Positions 1 to 16,624 of a DNA stretch of 64,000 bases are shown piece after piece. This DNA comes from Spirochaetia bacterium. GTDB taxonomy: Bacteria; Spirochaetota; Spirochaetia; SZUA-6; Bin103. A program made the position numbers and the translations under genes. Under the pieces are notes generated by a model that was not told where the DNA came from, did no database searches, and saw nothing but the letters and a program-made list of their open reading frames with translations. Position 1 is the stretch's first letter. Each line of letters begins with the position of its first letter. The DNA lies in contig CBDBOV010000005.1 of NCBI GenBank assembly GCA_965208575.1, positions 736,001 through 800,000 of the forward strand, read 5' to 3'.

Positions 1-4090
<4,090 letters not shown>

Positions 4091-4143
4091 CACCGGTCGA
4101 GACGGGGGACTCCGGCGGCGCGGTTGAATCCTCGCGGCCGGGG

Positions 4144-4172
4144 TTGACCTTTTGGTGTCGCTCATCTACCTT
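4144..4172 (+). promoter_or_regulatory. Putative sigma70 promoter of the str operon
   Basis: TTGACC (4144-4149) - 17 bp - TACCTT (4167-4172) in the rpoC-rpsL gap. Confidence 0.6.
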
Positions 4173-4377
4173 AGGTGCCGCACTTTCGTTGCCGGCTTCT
4201 GCCGCGCGGCAGTGCCCCGTCGCCACACCTGTTCGCCTTCAACCAGGCAGGTATCCCGGTCACGAACTCCGGTCACGGGCGCGGTCCCGTGGCGGGAGTG
4301 AGGCGGTCCGCTGCGAGGGGGCGGCGGACGCCGCGGATGGTGTGTGTCGCCGAGCAACAGGAAGGGAGAGAAACGAT

Positions 4378-4752
4378 ATGCCGACGATCAACCAGCTCAT
4401 TCGCAAGGGGCGCAAGCGCCCGCTCAACAAGTCGAAGTCGCCGGCACTGCAGGCGTGTCCGCAGAAGCGGGGCGTGTGCACCCAGGTGCGCACCATCACG
4501 CCGCGCAAGCCCAACTCCGCGCTGCGCAAGGTGGCCCGCGTGCGCCTGTCCAACAACGTCGAGGTGAACGCCTACATTCCCGGAATCGGGCACACGCTGC
4601 AGGAGCACTCGGTGGTGCTGATTCGCGGTGGCCGGGTGAAGGACCTGGCCGGCGTGCGCTATCACGTGGTGCGCGGCACCAAGGACACGCTCGGCGTCGA
4701 GGATCGCCGCAGGGCGCGGTCCAAGTACGGCACCAAGCGGCCGAAGGTATAG
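4378..4752 (+). CDS. rpsL: 30S ribosomal protein S12
   Basis: [10 protein letters not shown]..., [33 protein letters not shown]; ATG at 4378 after a purine-rich RBS. Confidence 0.99.
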   Translation: MPTINQLIRKGRKRPLNKSKSPALQACPQKRGVCTQVRTITPRKPNSALRKVARVRLSNNVEVNAYIPGIGHTLQEHSVVLIRGGRVKDLAGVRYHVVRGTKDTLGVEDRRRARSKYGTKRPKV

Positions 4753-4765
4753 CGAGGGTACGGAA

Positions 4766-5236
4766 ATGCCACGCCGCGGCAACACCAGAAAACGGCCCGA
4801 TCCGGTCGATCCGAAGTATCGCAACGTCACCGCCGGCAGGTTCATCAATGCGATGATGTCGCGCGGCAAGCGGTCGACCGCGACGCGCACGCTGTACGAT
4901 GCGTTCGACATCATCGAACGGCGCCTGAAGCGCGATCCGCTCGAGGTGTTCCTGAAGGCGGTGGAGAATGCCAAGCCGCTCCTGGAAGTGAAGTCGCGGC
5001 GCGTCGGCGGCTCGACCTACCAGGTGCCGGTGGAGGTGCGCGAGTCGCGCCGCGATGCGCTCGCCATCCGCTGGCTGATTCAGTATGCGCAGCAGCGGCG
5101 CGGGCGGGCGATGACCGCCGGCCTGAGCGCGGAGTTGATGGACGCCTTCAACGAGACCGGCGCCGCGGTGAAGAAGAAAGAGGACACGCACCGGATGGCG
5201 GAGGCGAACAAGGCGTTCGCCCACTACCGCTGGTAG
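4766..5236 (+). CDS. rpsG: 30S ribosomal protein S7
   Basis: [30 protein letters not shown]. Confidence 0.99.
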   Translation: MPRRGNTRKRPDPVDPKYRNVTAGRFINAMMSRGKRSTATRTLYDAFDIIERRLKRDPLEVFLKAVENAKPLLEVKSRRVGGSTYQVPVEVRESRRDALAIRWLIQYAQQRRGRAMTAGLSAELMDAFNETGAAVKKKEDTHRMAEANKAFAHYRW

Positions 5237-5254
5237 CGGCACGGCACGGCACGG
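5237..5254. repeat. Short tandem (CGGCA)3-4 repeat in the rpsG-fusA spacer
   Basis: cggcacggcacggcacgg followed by degenerate gggcacgg copies. Confidence 0.6.
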
Positions 5255-5297
5255 AAGGGCACGGAACGGGATCGGGCACGGGAACGAGAGCAGAGCA

Positions 5298-7391
5298 ATG
5301 GAACCTCATGGCCGGCTGAGCCAGACCCGCAACATCGGGATCATGGCTCACATCGACGCCGGCAAGACCACTACCACCGAGCGGATCCTGTACTACACGG
5401 GACGCAAGCACAAGCTCGGTGAAGTCCACGACGGCCAGGCCGAAATGGACTGGATGGACCTCGAAAAGGAGCGCGGCATCACGATCACGGCGGCTGCGAC
5501 CTACTGCAGTTGGCGCGAACACGCCGTGAACATCATCGACACCCCGGGCCACGTCGACTTCACCGTGGAGGTGGAGCGCTCGCTGCGCGTGCTCGACGGC
5601 GCGGTGGCGGTGTTCTGCGCGGTCGCGGGCGTGGAGCCGCAGAGCGAAACGGTGTGGAAACAGGCCAACACCTACGCTGTCCCGCGGCTGGTCTTCGTCA
5701 ACAAGATGGACCGCGTGGGCGCCGACTTCGCGGCGTGCGTCGACGACCTGCACGCCAAGCTCGGCGCCAACGCCGTCGCCGTGCAGTTGCCCACCGGCGC
5801 CGGCGCCGACTTCAACAGCGTGATCGACCTGGTGGCGATGCGCCGGATCACCTGGGAAGAGGTGGACCTCGGGACCACCTATCGCGCCGACGAGATTCCC
5901 GCCGAACTGCGCGAGCGCGCCGGCGAGGCGCGCACCGAGCTGGTCGAACGGCTTGCCGACCTCGATGACGAGCTGATGGAACGCTACCTGACCGGCGACG
6001 AGATCGACAACGACCAGGTGCGCGCGGCGCTGCGCCGGCACACCGTTGCCGGGGAGCTGTTTCCGGTGTTGTGCGGCAGTGCGTTCAAGAACAAGGGCAT
6101 CCAACTGCTGCTCGACGGCGTCGTGGACTACCTGCCGTCGCCGGCGGAAAAACCGGCGGTGACGGGAATCGTGCCGAGCACCGGCGATTACATCGAACGC
6201 GCGCCGCGCGACGACGAGGGCCTGTCGGCGCTGGCCTTCAAGGTGGTGACCGATCCTTACGTCGGACGGTTGACCTACTTTCGCATCTACTCCGGCGTGC
6301 TGGAGGCCGGCTCCTACCTGTACAACTCGTCGGCCGACGGGCGCGAACGGGTGACCCGGCTGCTGCGCATGCACGCCAACCGGCGCGAGGAGATCCCGGC
6401 CGCCCGCACCGGCGAGATCGTGGCCGCCGTCGGACTGCGCAGGACCACCACCGGCGACACGCTGTGCGGCCAGAACGATCCGATCATCCTGGAGTCGATG
6501 GTGTTCCCCGAGCCGGTGGTGTCGATCGCCATCGAGCCGAAGTCGAAGCAGGACTCCGACCGCCTCGGCGCGGCGCTCGGCAAGCTGTCCGACGAGGATC
6601 CGACCTTCAAGGTGCGGGTCGACCACGAGACCGGGCAGACGATCATGGCCGGCATGGGCGAGCTTCACCTGGAGGTTCTGACCGCGCGGCTGTTCCGCGA
6701 GTGGGGTGTCGAGGCCAACATCGGCATGCCCGAGGTGGCCTACCGGGAGACGATCGGCCGCAGCGCCGAGGTGGTAACCCGGTTCGTGCGCCAGACCGGC
6801 GGGCACGGACAGTACGCGCACATAGAGATGCAGTTCGAACCGCTGCCCGCGGGCGCCGGTTTCCTGTTCGACAGCAAGGTTACTGGCGGACGGGTGCCGA
6901 AAGAGTATATTCCGGCGGTGCAGCGCGGAATCGAGGAAGCGATGGAGGTCGGGGTGCTGGCCGGGTACCCGATGGTAGACTTCCGCGCCATTCTCCTTGA
7001 CGGCAGCTACCACGAGGTGGATTCGAGCGATCAGTCGTTTCGGATCGCCGGCAGCATCGCCTACCGGCAAGGGATTGCAAAGGCGGGGCCGCGGCTGCTG
7101 GAGCCGATCATGGAGGTGGAGGTGCACTGTCCCGAGGAGTATCTCGGCGACGTCATTTCCAATCTCAGTGCCCGCACCGGCCACATACAGGGAATCGAGG
7201 ACGTGTTTGGCGGGCGTACCGTGAAGGCGCGGGTGCCGTTGCGCAAGATGTTCGGTTACGTGACCGATCTGCGCTCCATGACCCGCGGCCGCGCCACGCA
7301 CACCATGCAGTTTGGAGCCTACGAGGCGGCTCCCAAGGCAGTACAGACCGAAATGGTGGCGAGGACCTCCGGGCGCCTGGCTACCGCGTGA
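5298..7391 (+). CDS. fusA: Elongation factor G
   Basis: [48 protein letters not shown]; located in the str operon. Confidence 0.98.
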   Translation: MEPHGRLSQTRNIGIMAHIDAGKTTTTERILYYTGRKHKLGEVHDGQAEMDWMDLEKERGITITAAATYCSWREHAVNIIDTPGHVDFTVEVERSLRVLDGAVAVFCAVAGVEPQSETVWKQANTYAVPRLVFVNKMDRVGADFAACVDDLHAKLGANAVAVQLPTGAGADFNSVIDLVAMRRITWEEVDLGTTYRADEIPAELRERAGEARTELVERLADLDDELMERYLTGDEIDNDQVRAALRRHTVAGELFPVLCGSAFKNKGIQLLLDGVVDYLPSPAEKPAVTGIVPSTGDYIERAPRDDEGLSALAFKVVTDPYVGRLTYFRIYSGVLEAGSYLYNSSADGRERVTRLLRMHANRREEIPAARTGEIVAAVGLRRTTTGDTLCGQNDPIILESMVFPEPVVSIAIEPKSKQDSDRLGAALGKLSDEDPTFKVRVDHETGQTIMAGMGELHLEVLTARLFREWGVEANIGMPEVAYRETIGRSAEVVTRFVRQTGGHGQYAHIEMQFEPLPAGAGFLFDSKVTGGRVPKEYIPAVQRGIEEAMEVGVLAGYPMVDFRAILLDGSYHEVDSSDQSFRIAGSIAYRQGIAKAGPRLLEPIMEVEVHCPEEYLGDVISNLSARTGHIQGIEDVFGGRTVKARVPLRKMFGYVTDLRSMTRGRATHTMQFGAYEAAPKAVQTEMVARTSGRLATA

Positions 7392-7395
7392 CAAC

Positions 7396-7425
7396 GACAA
7401 TGCAACTACAGACAATGCAACTACA
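7396..7425. repeat. Perfect 15-bp tandem duplication (GACAATGCAACTACA x2) upstream of the tuf RBS
   Basis: Read directly at 7396-7410 and 7411-7425. Confidence 0.85.
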
Positions 7426-7447
7426 CGGAGAGTAGGAGGAACAGCAC

Positions 7448-8638
<1,191 letters not shown>

Positions 8639-8664
8639 CGCGGCGAGGGTCTGGGGGCACCGTC

Positions 8665-8973
8665 ATGGCAGTTGACCGTATCCGGGTGCGTTTGCGCGGC
8701 TTCGACGTGGAGCTGATAGACCAGAGTTCCAAGGCGATTGTGCAGACGGTGCAGAAGGCGGGTTCACAGGTTTCCGGTCCGATACCGTTGCCTACCCGCA
8801 CCAACCGATATACCGTGTTGCGTTCGCCGCACGTGAACAAGAAGTCTCGCGAGCAGTTCGAAATGCGCACCCACAAGCGTCTTATCGACATCATCGAGCC
8901 CACGTCGGCGGTCATGGATGCGCTGATGAAACTGGAGCTTCCGGCCGGCGTGGACGTGGAGATCAAGCAGTGA
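8665..8973 (+). CDS. rpsJ: 30S ribosomal protein S10
   Basis: [31 protein letters not shown]. Confidence 0.99.
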   Translation: MAVDRIRVRLRGFDVELIDQSSKAIVQTVQKAGSQVSGPIPLPTRTNRYTVLRSPHVNKKSREQFEMRTHKRLIDIIEPTSAVMDALMKLELPAGVDVEIKQ

Positions 8974-9656
8974 AGGCGTTGATCGGGCGCAAGGTGGGCA
9001 TGACGCAACTGTTCGCGGACGACGGCTCGCTGCTGCCGGCCACCGTGATCGAGGTCGAGCCCAACGTGGTGGTGGGCGTGCGCACTCCCGAGCGCGACGG
9101 TTACGCGGCCGTGGTGCTCGGCGCCGACCCGCTGCGTCCCAAGCGCGTCACCCGGCCGTACGCCGGCCAGTTCACCGCTGGGGTGGCGCCGGTACGGCAC
9201 CTGGTGGAGGTACGCGACTTCGACGGGGCGCCTTCGGTGGGCGACCAGTTCGGCGTGGAGTTGTTTTCCGGCGACACCGCGGTGGACGTGCAGGGCTCGT
9301 CGAAGGGCAAGGGGTTCCAGGGCGTGATGAAGCGCCACGGATTCCACGGCGGGCGCAAGTCGCACGGGTCCAAGTTTCACCGCGCGCCCGGCTCGATCGG
9401 TCAGTCGGCGTCTCCGTCGCGGGTCGTCAAGGGCAAGAAGATGGCCGGGCGCATGGGCGGCAGAAGTGCGACCGTGCACAATCTGCGCCTGTACGGCATC
9501 GACGCCGAGCGCCGCCTGCTGCTCGTGGGCGGACCGTGTCCGGGGCCGCGCGGCGGTACCCTGGTGGTGACCAACGCCAAGAAGCGCGGCGCCCGCGGTG
9601 CGCCGGTCAGTCTGGCGGCCGGGGTGGCCGGCGCGCCCGGCGGAGAGGCGTCGTGA
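8970..9656 (+). CDS. rplC: 50S ribosomal protein L3
   Basis: [42 protein letters not shown]. Confidence 0.98.
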   Translation: MKALIGRKVGMTQLFADDGSLLPATVIEVEPNVVVGVRTPERDGYAAVVLGADPLRPKRVTRPYAGQFTAGVAPVRHLVEVRDFDGAPSVGDQFGVELFSGDTAVDVQGSSKGKGFQGVMKRHGFHGGRKSHGSKFHRAPGSIGQSASPSRVVKGKKMAGRMGGRSATVHNLRLYGIDAERRLLLVGGPCPGPRGGTLVVTNAKKRGARGAPVSLAAGVAGAPGGEAS

Positions 9657-10324
9657 CGGTACCGGTGATCGGCGCCGGCGGCGGCGCCCGCGGCGAGGCG
9701 GAACTGGCCGACGGCGTGTTTGGCGTCGAGGTCAGTGAAGGCGCCATCTACCACGCCATCCGCAACGAGCTTGCCAACCGCCGGGTAGGTACGGCGTCCA
9801 CCAAGAGCCGCAGCCAGGTGCGCGGCACCAGCCGCAAGCCGTGGCGGCAGAAGGGCACCGGGCGCGCGCGGGCGGGCGACGTGAAGTCGCCGCTGTGGAC
9901 CGGCGGCGGGGTGATCTTCGGCCCGCAGCCGCGCAGCTACCGCTATCGGCTGCCGCGCAAGGCGAAGCGCACGGCGATGCGCTCGATACTGACCCGGAAG
10001 GCGCGCGAGCGGCGCATCACGATCGTCGACGGGGTGGCCGCGGACAGCGGCAAGACCCGGGAGCTGGTGCGCCAGCTCGAGCCGATTGCCGGCGGCGCAC
10101 GCTGCCTCTGGCTGCTGGACAAGCCTGCACCGATGCTGGTGCGCGCGGCGCGCAACATTCCCTGGCTGCGGATGGGCGCCTGCGACACCGTGACGGCGCA
10201 CGACCTGTACTACTCGGAGCGCGTGCTGCTGACGCCGGCGGCGGCCGAGCGGCTCGCGCAGTTGCTCGGCGAGCAGCCGGGATCGGCGGACGGGCAGGCC
10301 GGCGCCGCCGGGGAGGAAGCATGA
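9653..10324 (+). CDS. rplD: 50S ribosomal protein L4
   Basis: [41 protein letters not shown]; GTG start overlaps the rplC stop. Confidence 0.97.
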   Translation: MTVPVIGAGGGARGEAELADGVFGVEVSEGAIYHAIRNELANRRVGTASTKSRSQVRGTSRKPWRQKGTGRARAGDVKSPLWTGGGVIFGPQPRSYRYRLPRKAKRTAMRSILTRKARERRITIVDGVAADSGKTRELVRQLEPIAGGARCLWLLDKPAPMLVRAARNIPWLRMGACDTVTAHDLYYSERVLLTPAAAERLAQLLGEQPGSADGQAGAAGEEA

Positions 10325-10602
10325 GATCGGACATCCTCATAGCACCGGTCGTGACCGAGAAGAGCAACGAGCAGCGCGGCGCGAGAAAGTACGCATTCCG
10401 GGTAGACGCGCGCGCCAACAAGTTGCAGGTCGTGGACGCGGTGCGGACCACGTTCGGCGTGCACCCGGTGAAGTGCAACATCATTTCGGTGCCGCGCAAG
10501 CCGAAGCGGCTGCGGTTCCGGCCCGGCCACCGTTCCGGCTGGAAGAAGGCGATCGTCACGCTCGCGCCGGGCGAGAGTATCCAGATATTCGAAGGAGCTT
10601 GA
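10321..10602 (+). CDS. rplW: 50S ribosomal protein L23
   Basis: [26 protein letters not shown]. Confidence 0.97.
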   Translation: MRSDILIAPVVTEKSNEQRGARKYAFRVDARANKLQVVDAVRTTFGVHPVKCNIISVPRKPKRLRFRPGHRSGWKKAIVTLAPGESIQIFEGA

Positions 10603-10607
10603 GCGCG

Positions 10608-11441
10608 GTGCCTCTGAAGAAAAACAAGCCGATCACCCCGGGCAGCCGGTACGCGACCGGGCTCGACTTCGGCGATCTGCAGGATGAGGGGCCGGTCAAG
10701 TCGCTGCTCGCGCCGATGGGCAACCGCGCCGGGCGCGGCGCCGGCGGCCGCATCAGCGTCCGGCGGCGCGGCGGGCGTCACAAGCGGCGCTACCGGGTGG
10801 TGGATTTCCGGCGCGACAAGGCCGGCGTGCCCGGCAAGGTGGTGGCGGTGAGCTACGACCCGAACCGGTCCGCCAATCTCGCATTGATCTCCTACGCCGA
10901 CGGCGACAAGCGCTACATTCTCGCGCCGCGCGGGCTGGCCGTCGGGCACCCGGTGGTGAGCGGGCCCGACGCCCCCATCGAGGTAGGCAACGCGCTGCCG
11001 CTGAAGCGCATCCCGCTCGGCATGGCGGTGCACAACGTGGAGCTGACGCTCGGCCGGGGCGGACAGATGGCCCGCTCCGCGGGCGGCCGCGCGACGCTGG
11101 TGGCGCGCGAAGGGGACTACGTCACGCTGCGCCTGCCCTCCGGCGAGGTGCGCATGGTGTTCCACGAGTGCTACGCGTCGATCGGCGAGGTGGGCAACCA
11201 GGACCACATGAACGTCTCGCTCGGCAAGGCCGGGCGGGCGCGCTGGCTCGGGCACCGCCCCAAGGTGCGCGGCGTGGCGATGAACCCGCACGATCACCCG
11301 CACGGCGGCGGCGAGGGCAAGAGTTCCGGCGGCCGGCATCCGGTGTCCGCGTGGGGCAGGCCGACCAAGGGTGCGAAGACACGGCGCAAGCGCAAGGCCT
11401 CGGATGCGTTCATCGTGACGCGCCGCAAAGGAAGGAAGTAG
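10608..11441 (+). CDS. rplB: 50S ribosomal protein L2
   Basis: [39 protein letters not shown]. Confidence 0.99.
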   Translation: MPLKKNKPITPGSRYATGLDFGDLQDEGPVKSLLAPMGNRAGRGAGGRISVRRRGGRHKRRYRVVDFRRDKAGVPGKVVAVSYDPNRSANLALISYADGDKRYILAPRGLAVGHPVVSGPDAPIEVGNALPLKRIPLGMAVHNVELTLGRGGQMARSAGGRATLVAREGDYVTLRLPSGEVRMVFHECYASIGEVGNQDHMNVSLGKAGRARWLGHRPKVRGVAMNPHDHPHGGGEGKSSGGRHPVSAWGRPTKGAKTRRKRKASDAFIVTRRKGRK

Positions 11442-11447
11442 GCGGCT

Positions 11448-11729
11448 ATGGCACGATCGGTAAAGAAGGGACCGTTCATCGCGGGCAAGCTGTACCAGCG
11501 CATTCTCGATGCCAACCGGTCCGGCGAGAAGCGGATGATCCGCACCTATTCGCGCACGTCGACGATCATTCCCGAGATGGTCGGGCTGACCATCTCGGTA
11601 TACAACGGCAAGACCTGGATTCCGGTGTACGTCACCGAGAACCTGGTAGGCCACAAGCTCGGCGAGTTTGCGCCGACCCGGGTATTCCGCGGTCACGCCG
11701 GCTCGGACCGCAAGGCGGTGCGGCGGTGA
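11448..11729 (+). CDS. rpsS: 30S ribosomal protein S19
   Basis: [21 protein letters not shown]. Confidence 0.99.
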   Translation: MARSVKKGPFIAGKLYQRILDANRSGEKRMIRTYSRTSTIIPEMVGLTISVYNGKTWIPVYVTENLVGHKLGEFAPTRVFRGHAGSDRKAVRR

Positions 11730-12088
11730 TAGCCGCGGCAAAGGGCCACACCGCGCGCGCACGCTACATCAGGATGTCGCCGCGCAAGGTGCGTCCGATC
11801 GCCGACTCGGTGCGGCGCAAGCCATACGTGGAAGCGCTCGCGTTGTTGGATGCGCTGCCCAACAAGGGCGCCAAGATCCTGCGCAAGGTGGTAAAATCAG
11901 CGGCCGACAACGCCCTCGTACAGAACGAGAACCTGGACGAAGAGGCGCTCTATGTCAGCCACGTCGAGGTGAACGAGGCGCCGCGCATGAAGCGGATCTG
12001 GATTCGTGGGCGGGGGCGGGCCGACCGGCTGCTCAAGCGCATGTGCCATATCGACGTTGCCGTTGCGACGGTGGACGACGAGGATTAA
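11726..12088 (+). CDS. rplV: 50S ribosomal protein L22
   Basis: [31 protein letters not shown]. Confidence 0.97.
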   Translation: MIAAAKGHTARARYIRMSPRKVRPIADSVRRKPYVEALALLDALPNKGAKILRKVVKSAADNALVQNENLDEEALYVSHVEVNEAPRMKRIWIRGRGRADRLLKRMCHIDVAVATVDDED

Positions 12089-12101
12089 ACGGGAGAGTCG
12101 A

Positions 12102-12803
12102 ATGGGCCAAAAGATCAACCCAATCGGGATGCGGCTGGGAATCAATCGTACCTGGAAGTCGAAGTGGTACGTCGACCCGCGGGAGTACTCCAAGACGCTG
12201 CACGAGGATCTGGCGCTGCGCAACGTAATCGAGAATTCGCCCGACACGCGCGGCGCCGACATCTCGGACGTGGAGATCATTCGTCACCCGCAGCGCATCA
12301 CCATCATCATCCACACCGGCCGGCCGGGAGTGGTGATCGGGGCCAAGGGTGCCAACATCGAGCGCCTCGGCGGCAAGCTGCAGCGGCTGGTGGGCAAGAA
12401 GATCCAGATCAAGATCAAGGAGATTCACCGCCCGGAGGTGAACGCGCAGCTCATCGCCATGAACGTGGCGCGCCAACTGCGTACCAAGGCGTCGTTCCGG
12501 CGGTCGCTCAACATGGCGGTGCAGAACGCCATGCGCGCCGGCGTGCAGGGCATCAAGATCAAGATCGGCGGCCGTCTCGGCGGGTCGGAGATGTCGCGCA
12601 GCGAGCAGCGCAAGGAGGGACGCATACCGTTGCACACGTTCCGGGCCGACATCGACTACGGGTTCGCCGAATCGCTCACCGCCATGGGCGCCATCGGCGT
12701 GAAGGTGTGGGTGTTCAACGGCGAGCTGTACGGCCGCGACACCAAGGATGACGCCGGCCAGATGCTGCGTCGCCAGCGCGGCCGGGCGCCGGGGCGGTTG
12801 TAG
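12102..12803 (+). CDS. rpsC: 30S ribosomal protein S3
   Basis: [34 protein letters not shown]. Confidence 0.99.
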   Translation: MGQKINPIGMRLGINRTWKSKWYVDPREYSKTLHEDLALRNVIENSPDTRGADISDVEIIRHPQRITIIIHTGRPGVVIGAKGANIERLGGKLQRLVGKKIQIKIKEIHRPEVNAQLIAMNVARQLRTKASFRRSLNMAVQNAMRAGVQGIKIKIGGRLGGSEMSRSEQRKEGRIPLHTFRADIDYGFAESLTAMGAIGVKVWVFNGELYGRDTKDDAGQMLRRQRGRAPGRL

Positions 12804-12805
12804 CG

Positions 12806-13225
12806 ATGCTGAATCCCAAGCGAGAGAAATATCGCAAGCGGCAGCGTGGCCGCCTGCGCGGCAATGCCACCCGCAAGAACGAAGTCGCGTTCGGCGACTA
12901 CGGCCTGATGGCGCTGGAACCGAAGCTCATCACCAACCGCCAGATCGAGGCGGCGCGTGTCGCGATGACCCGCCACATCAGGCGCGGCGGCAAGGTGTGG
13001 ATCCGCATCTTCCCGGACAAGCCGTACACCAAGAAGCCCGCCGAGACCAGGATGGGGAAGGGCAAGGGCGCGCCGGAATACTGGGTAGCGCCGGTGAAGC
13101 CGGGTACGGTGCTGTTCGAGCTGGCCGGGGTGCCGCGGCAAGCCGCCAGCGAAGCGATCGCGCTCGCGGGGAGCAAGCTGCCGGTGAAGACGAAGCTGCT
13201 GGTACGGCGCAATCTGGAAGCGTGA
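12806..13225 (+). CDS. rplP: 50S ribosomal protein L16
   Basis: [25 protein letters not shown]. Confidence 0.99.
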   Translation: MLNPKREKYRKRQRGRLRGNATRKNEVAFGDYGLMALEPKLITNRQIEAARVAMTRHIRRGGKVWIRIFPDKPYTKKPAETRMGKGKGAPEYWVAPVKPGTVLFELAGVPRQAASEAIALAGSKLPVKTKLLVRRNLEA

Positions 13226-13235
13226 AGCTGGAAGC

Positions 13236-13505
13236 ATGAAGGATTCATTCAACGACCTTTCGTATGGCGAGCTGGTGACCCGCCGGGACGAGATTCGAAA
13301 GCAGTATCGCGACGTGCGATTCAACGTGGTGGTGGGGCACGTCGACAATCCGTTGCTGCTGCGCACGCTGAAACGCAAGCTCGCCCGCCTGAATACGATC
13401 GTGCACGAGTACGACCTGGGAATCCGGCAAACCCGGGCCGGCGACCCCGGTGGCGATCAGGCGGCGGAGCGGGAGCCGGCCGGTGAGGCGGCGGCGAAGG
13501 AGTAA
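13236..13505 (+). CDS. rpmC: 50S ribosomal protein L29 (with C-terminal tail)
   Basis: Position after rplP; RF...GHVDNPLLLRTLKRKLARLNT. Confidence 0.93.
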   Translation: MKDSFNDLSYGELVTRRDEIRKQYRDVRFNVVVGHVDNPLLLRTLKRKLARLNTIVHEYDLGIRQTRAGDPGGDQAAEREPAGEAAAKE

Positions 13506-13523
13506 CATGCGCCGAGGAGAACT

Positions 13524-14168
13524 ATGGACAAGGCGGTAGACAACCCCGAACAGCAGCCCGGCGCGGCGCCGGAAGAGGCGCACGGCGCCGCGGCCGGCAT
13601 GGCCGCCCCGGATGGGGCCGGCGCCGACCAACCGGCGGCGGCCGCGTCCGCGGAGGCGGCCACGGACTCGGCACAGGACGAGCGCGCGGCCGAGCAACGA
13701 GCCGGCAGCGAACCGGAGGTCGGTGCCGAACCGGCGGCGGCCGCTGTCGGCGGGCCGGTGGAGGCAGCTTCCGACCCGGCGGAGGCGTCCGCCAACGCCG
13801 AGCCGCAGACCGCCGCGGCGGCGGCGGTGCCTGCCGAACCGGTGGCCGCCGAACCGGTGGCCCCGGAACCGGTGTTTGACGTGGCGGCGCCCGCGGAAGC
13901 CGGGCCGGCGACGTCCGGCAAGCCGCACAAGCGCGTGCTGACCGGTACCGTGGTCAGCAACGGCAGCGAGCAGAGCGTGGTGATACGCATCGCCCACCGC
14001 AAGAAGCACCGGCTGTACAAGAAGTACCGGACCCTCACCAAGAAGGTGATGGCGCACGATCCGGCGAACGACTGCCGGATCGGCGACCTGGTGCGCGTCA
14101 TCGAGAGTCGCCCGCTGAGCAGGATGAAGCGCTGGCGGCTGGTCGAGATCGTGAAACGGGGCAGTTAG
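13524..14168 (+). CDS. rpsQ: 30S ribosomal protein S17 with a ~130-aa Ala/Glu/Pro-rich N-terminal extension
   Basis: S17 core in the C-terminal part ([37 protein letters not shown]); GAGGAG RBS before ATG 13524. Confidence 0.95.
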   Translation: MDKAVDNPEQQPGAAPEEAHGAAAGMAAPDGAGADQPAAAASAEAATDSAQDERAAEQRAGSEPEVGAEPAAAAVGGPVEAASDPAEASANAEPQTAAAAAVPAEPVAAEPVAPEPVFDVAAPAEAGPATSGKPHKRVLTGTVVSNGSEQSVVIRIAHRKKHRLYKKYRTLTKKVMAHDPANDCRIGDLVRVIESRPLSRMKRWRLVEIVKRGS

Positions 14169-14194
14169 GACCGGCGGTTGGGGGACGCACAGCC

Positions 14195-14563
14195 ATGGTT
14201 CAGATGATGAGCTACCTGAACGTAGCCGATAACAGCGGCGCCAAGCGCGTGCAGTGTATCAAGATCCTCGGCGGTTCGAAGCGCCGCAGCGCGTCGGTGG
14301 GAGACACCGTCGTGGTCGCGGTCAAGGTGGCGCTGCCGGGCGGCGCCATCCGCAAGGGATCGATGACCCGCGCCGTGGTGGTGCGCACCAGGAAGGAACT
14401 GAAGCGCGACGACGGCACCTACATCCGCTTTGACGACAATGCCTGCGTGCTGGTGGACACCGCCGGCAACCCGGCCGGCAAGCGCGTGTTCGGGCCGGTG
14501 GCCCGTGAGTTGCGCGAACGCGACTACATGAAGATCGTGTCGCTGGCCCCGGAGGTGTTGTAG
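14195..14563 (+). CDS. rplN: 50S ribosomal protein L14
   Basis: [27 protein letters not shown]. Confidence 0.99.
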   Translation: MVQMMSYLNVADNSGAKRVQCIKILGGSKRRSASVGDTVVVAVKVALPGGAIRKGSMTRAVVVRTRKELKRDDGTYIRFDDNACVLVDTAGNPAGKRVFGPVARELRERDYMKIVSLAPEVL

Positions 14564-14884
14564 ATGGCGGCCGGCAACAAGCTGAAAACCGGAGACCTGG
14601 TGCGCATCGTGAGCGGACGCTCACGCGGGCGCGAGGGCAGAATACTGCGCCTCGACCGGACCCGTGGACGGGTGTGGATCGAGGGCGCCAACATGGTCAA
14701 GAAGGCGGTGCGGTCGAAGAACCCCAATCAGCCCCAGCAAGGCGGCCTGACCGACGTCGAGGCGAGCGTGAGCTGGGCCAACGTGATGATCGTGTGCCGC
14801 AAGTGCGGCATCGCCCGCGTCGGTTACGATACGAGCGGCGCGGACAAGGTTCGCGTCTGCCGCAAGTGTGGAGAATCGCTGTGA
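14564..14884 (+). CDS. rplX: 50S ribosomal protein L24
   Basis: KOW motif [28 protein letters not shown]. Confidence 0.97.
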   Translation: MAAGNKLKTGDLVRIVSGRSRGREGRILRLDRTRGRVWIEGANMVKKAVRSKNPNQPQQGGLTDVEASVSWANVMIVCRKCGIARVGYDTSGADKVRVCRKCGESL

Positions 14885-15477
14885 GTAAGCGCAAGGCTCC
14901 GAAACAAGCGGCGCCCGCCGGCTACGTGCCGCGCCTGAAGGCGCGCTATCGGGCCCAGGTCGCGGGCGCCCTGAACGAGGAATTCGGCTACGACTCGGTC
15001 ATGCAGACCCCCAGGCTGGCGAAGATCGTGGTCAGCGCGGGCGTCGGCGAGGCGGTCAACAACAAGAGACTGCTCGATACCGCCGTCGCTGAACTCACCC
15101 AGATCTCCGGGCTGCGCGCGGTCCGCACCACGGCCCGAAAGTCGATAGCGGCATTCAAGATACGCCAGGGCATGGAGATCGGCGTGATGGTCACGCTGCG
15201 CGGCGACCGCATGTACGAATTCCTCGACCGCCTGGTGAGCGTGGCGATCCCGCGCATCAAGGACTTCCGCGGCTGCAGTACGCGCGCCTTCGACGGCCAC
15301 GGCAACTACTCCATGGGGGTCGACGACCAGACCATCTTTCCGGAGATCGACTATGACAAGGTGGAGCGCGTTACCGGGCTCAACATCGCGATCGTGACAA
15401 CCGCGGATACCGACCGCGAGGCGCGCAGCCTGCTCGCTGCGCTTGGCATGCCATTCCAACGGCCGGAGGCGAATTAA
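14881..15477 (+). CDS. rplE: 50S ribosomal protein L5
   Basis: [34 protein letters not shown]. Confidence 0.98.
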   Translation: MSKRKAPKQAAPAGYVPRLKARYRAQVAGALNEEFGYDSVMQTPRLAKIVVSAGVGEAVNNKRLLDTAVAELTQISGLRAVRTTARKSIAAFKIRQGMEIGVMVTLRGDRMYEFLDRLVSVAIPRIKDFRGCSTRAFDGHGNYSMGVDDQTIFPEIDYDKVERVTGLNIAIVTTADTDREARSLLAALGMPFQRPEAN

Positions 15478-15478
15478 C

Positions 15479-15664
15479 GTGGCCCGCAAGAGTCTTATCG
15501 TGAAAGCAGGGCGCAAGCCCAAGTACCGGGTCCGGGCGGTAAATCGCTGCCGGCTGTGTGGCCGGGCACGCGGTTATATGCGTAAATTCGAACTCTGTCG
15601 GATTTGCTTCCGCAACCTTGCGAGTGCCGGCAAGATACCCGGAGTGACCAAATCAAGTTGGTAG
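15479..15664 (+). CDS. rpsN: 30S ribosomal protein S14, Zn-binding (type Z)
   Basis: 61 aa; RCRLCGR...[13 protein letters not shown]. Confidence 0.97.
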   Translation: MARKSLIVKAGRKPKYRVRAVNRCRLCGRARGYMRKFELCRICFRNLASAGKIPGVTKSSW

Positions 15665-15677
15665 AGGACAGGATACG

Positions 15678-16076
15678 ATGGCGGTAACCGACCCGATAGC
15701 CGACATGCTCGCGAAGATCAAGAACGCGAGCAGCGCCGGCCACGAGAGCGTCAACATCCGGCCTTCTCGAATGAAGCTCGAGATCATCAAGATTCTCAAG
15801 ATCGAGGGGTATATCAGGAACTTCAAGAAGGTCAACGCAGACGGCCACACCAGCATCTGCGTGTTCCTGAAGTACGACGGCAAGCAGGAGCCGATCATCC
15901 AGGGTATTCAGCGGGTGTCCAAGCCGGGGCGGCGCATCTACTCCGGTTATCGCGACATGCCGCGCGTATTCAACGGCTACGGCACGCTGGTGGTTTCCAC
16001 CTCGTCCGGCGTCACCACCGGGCGCCGCGCGCGCGAGCGGAAGGCCGGCGGCGAGCTGCTCTGTACGGTCTGGTAG
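15678..16076 (+). CDS. rpsH: 30S ribosomal protein S8
   Basis: [24 protein letters not shown]. Confidence 0.99.
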   Translation: MAVTDPIADMLAKIKNASSAGHESVNIRPSRMKLEIIKILKIEGYIRNFKKVNADGHTSICVFLKYDGKQEPIIQGIQRVSKPGRRIYSGYRDMPRVFNGYGTLVVSTSSGVTTGRRARERKAGGELLCTVW

Positions 16077-16078
16077 CG

Positions 16079-16624
16079 ATGTCACGCGTTGGGGTAGTGC
16101 CGGTCGCCGTGCCGTCCGGCGTGAAGGTGGAAGTAAAGGGCAACCGGTTCGCGGCCACCGGTCCGAAGGGGTCGCTGCAGCTTCAGACCACCGGCAACAT
16201 CAGCGTCACGGTGGAGGACAGCCAGGTTACCGTGACACGCGGCGACAACGCACAGCGCAACAGGGCACTGCACGGACTGTACCGCAAGCTGATCGCCAAC
16301 ATGGTAACCGGCGTTTCGACCGGTTTCAGCAAGGTGCTGGTGATCAATGGGGTCGGTTACCGGGCCGAGGTCAAGGGCAGTACGCTGGTGCTCAACCTCG
16401 GATACTCGAATCCGATCGAATACCCGATTCGCGACGGTGTGACCGTCGATGCCGCCGGCGGCACCCGCATTACCGTGTCCGGCGCCGACCGGCAGGTGGT
16501 GGGCCAGGTGGCCGCCGAGATCCGCGGGTTCCGGCCTCCCGAACCCTACAAGGGCAAGGGCGTGCGGTACGAGAACGAGTTCGTTCGCCGCAAGGCGGGC
16601 AAGGCGATGGGAGGTACGGCATGA
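16079..16624 (+). CDS. rplF: 50S ribosomal protein L6
   Basis: GPKG, GVGYRA, RPPEPYKGKGVRY. Confidence 0.99.
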   Translation: MSRVGVVPVAVPSGVKVEVKGNRFAATGPKGSLQLQTTGNISVTVEDSQVTVTRGDNAQRNRALHGLYRKLIANMVTGVSTGFSKVLVINGVGYRAEVKGSTLVLNLGYSNPIEYPIRDGVTVDAAGGTRITVSGADRQVVGQVAAEIRGFRPPEPYKGKGVRYENEFVRRKAGKAMGGTA

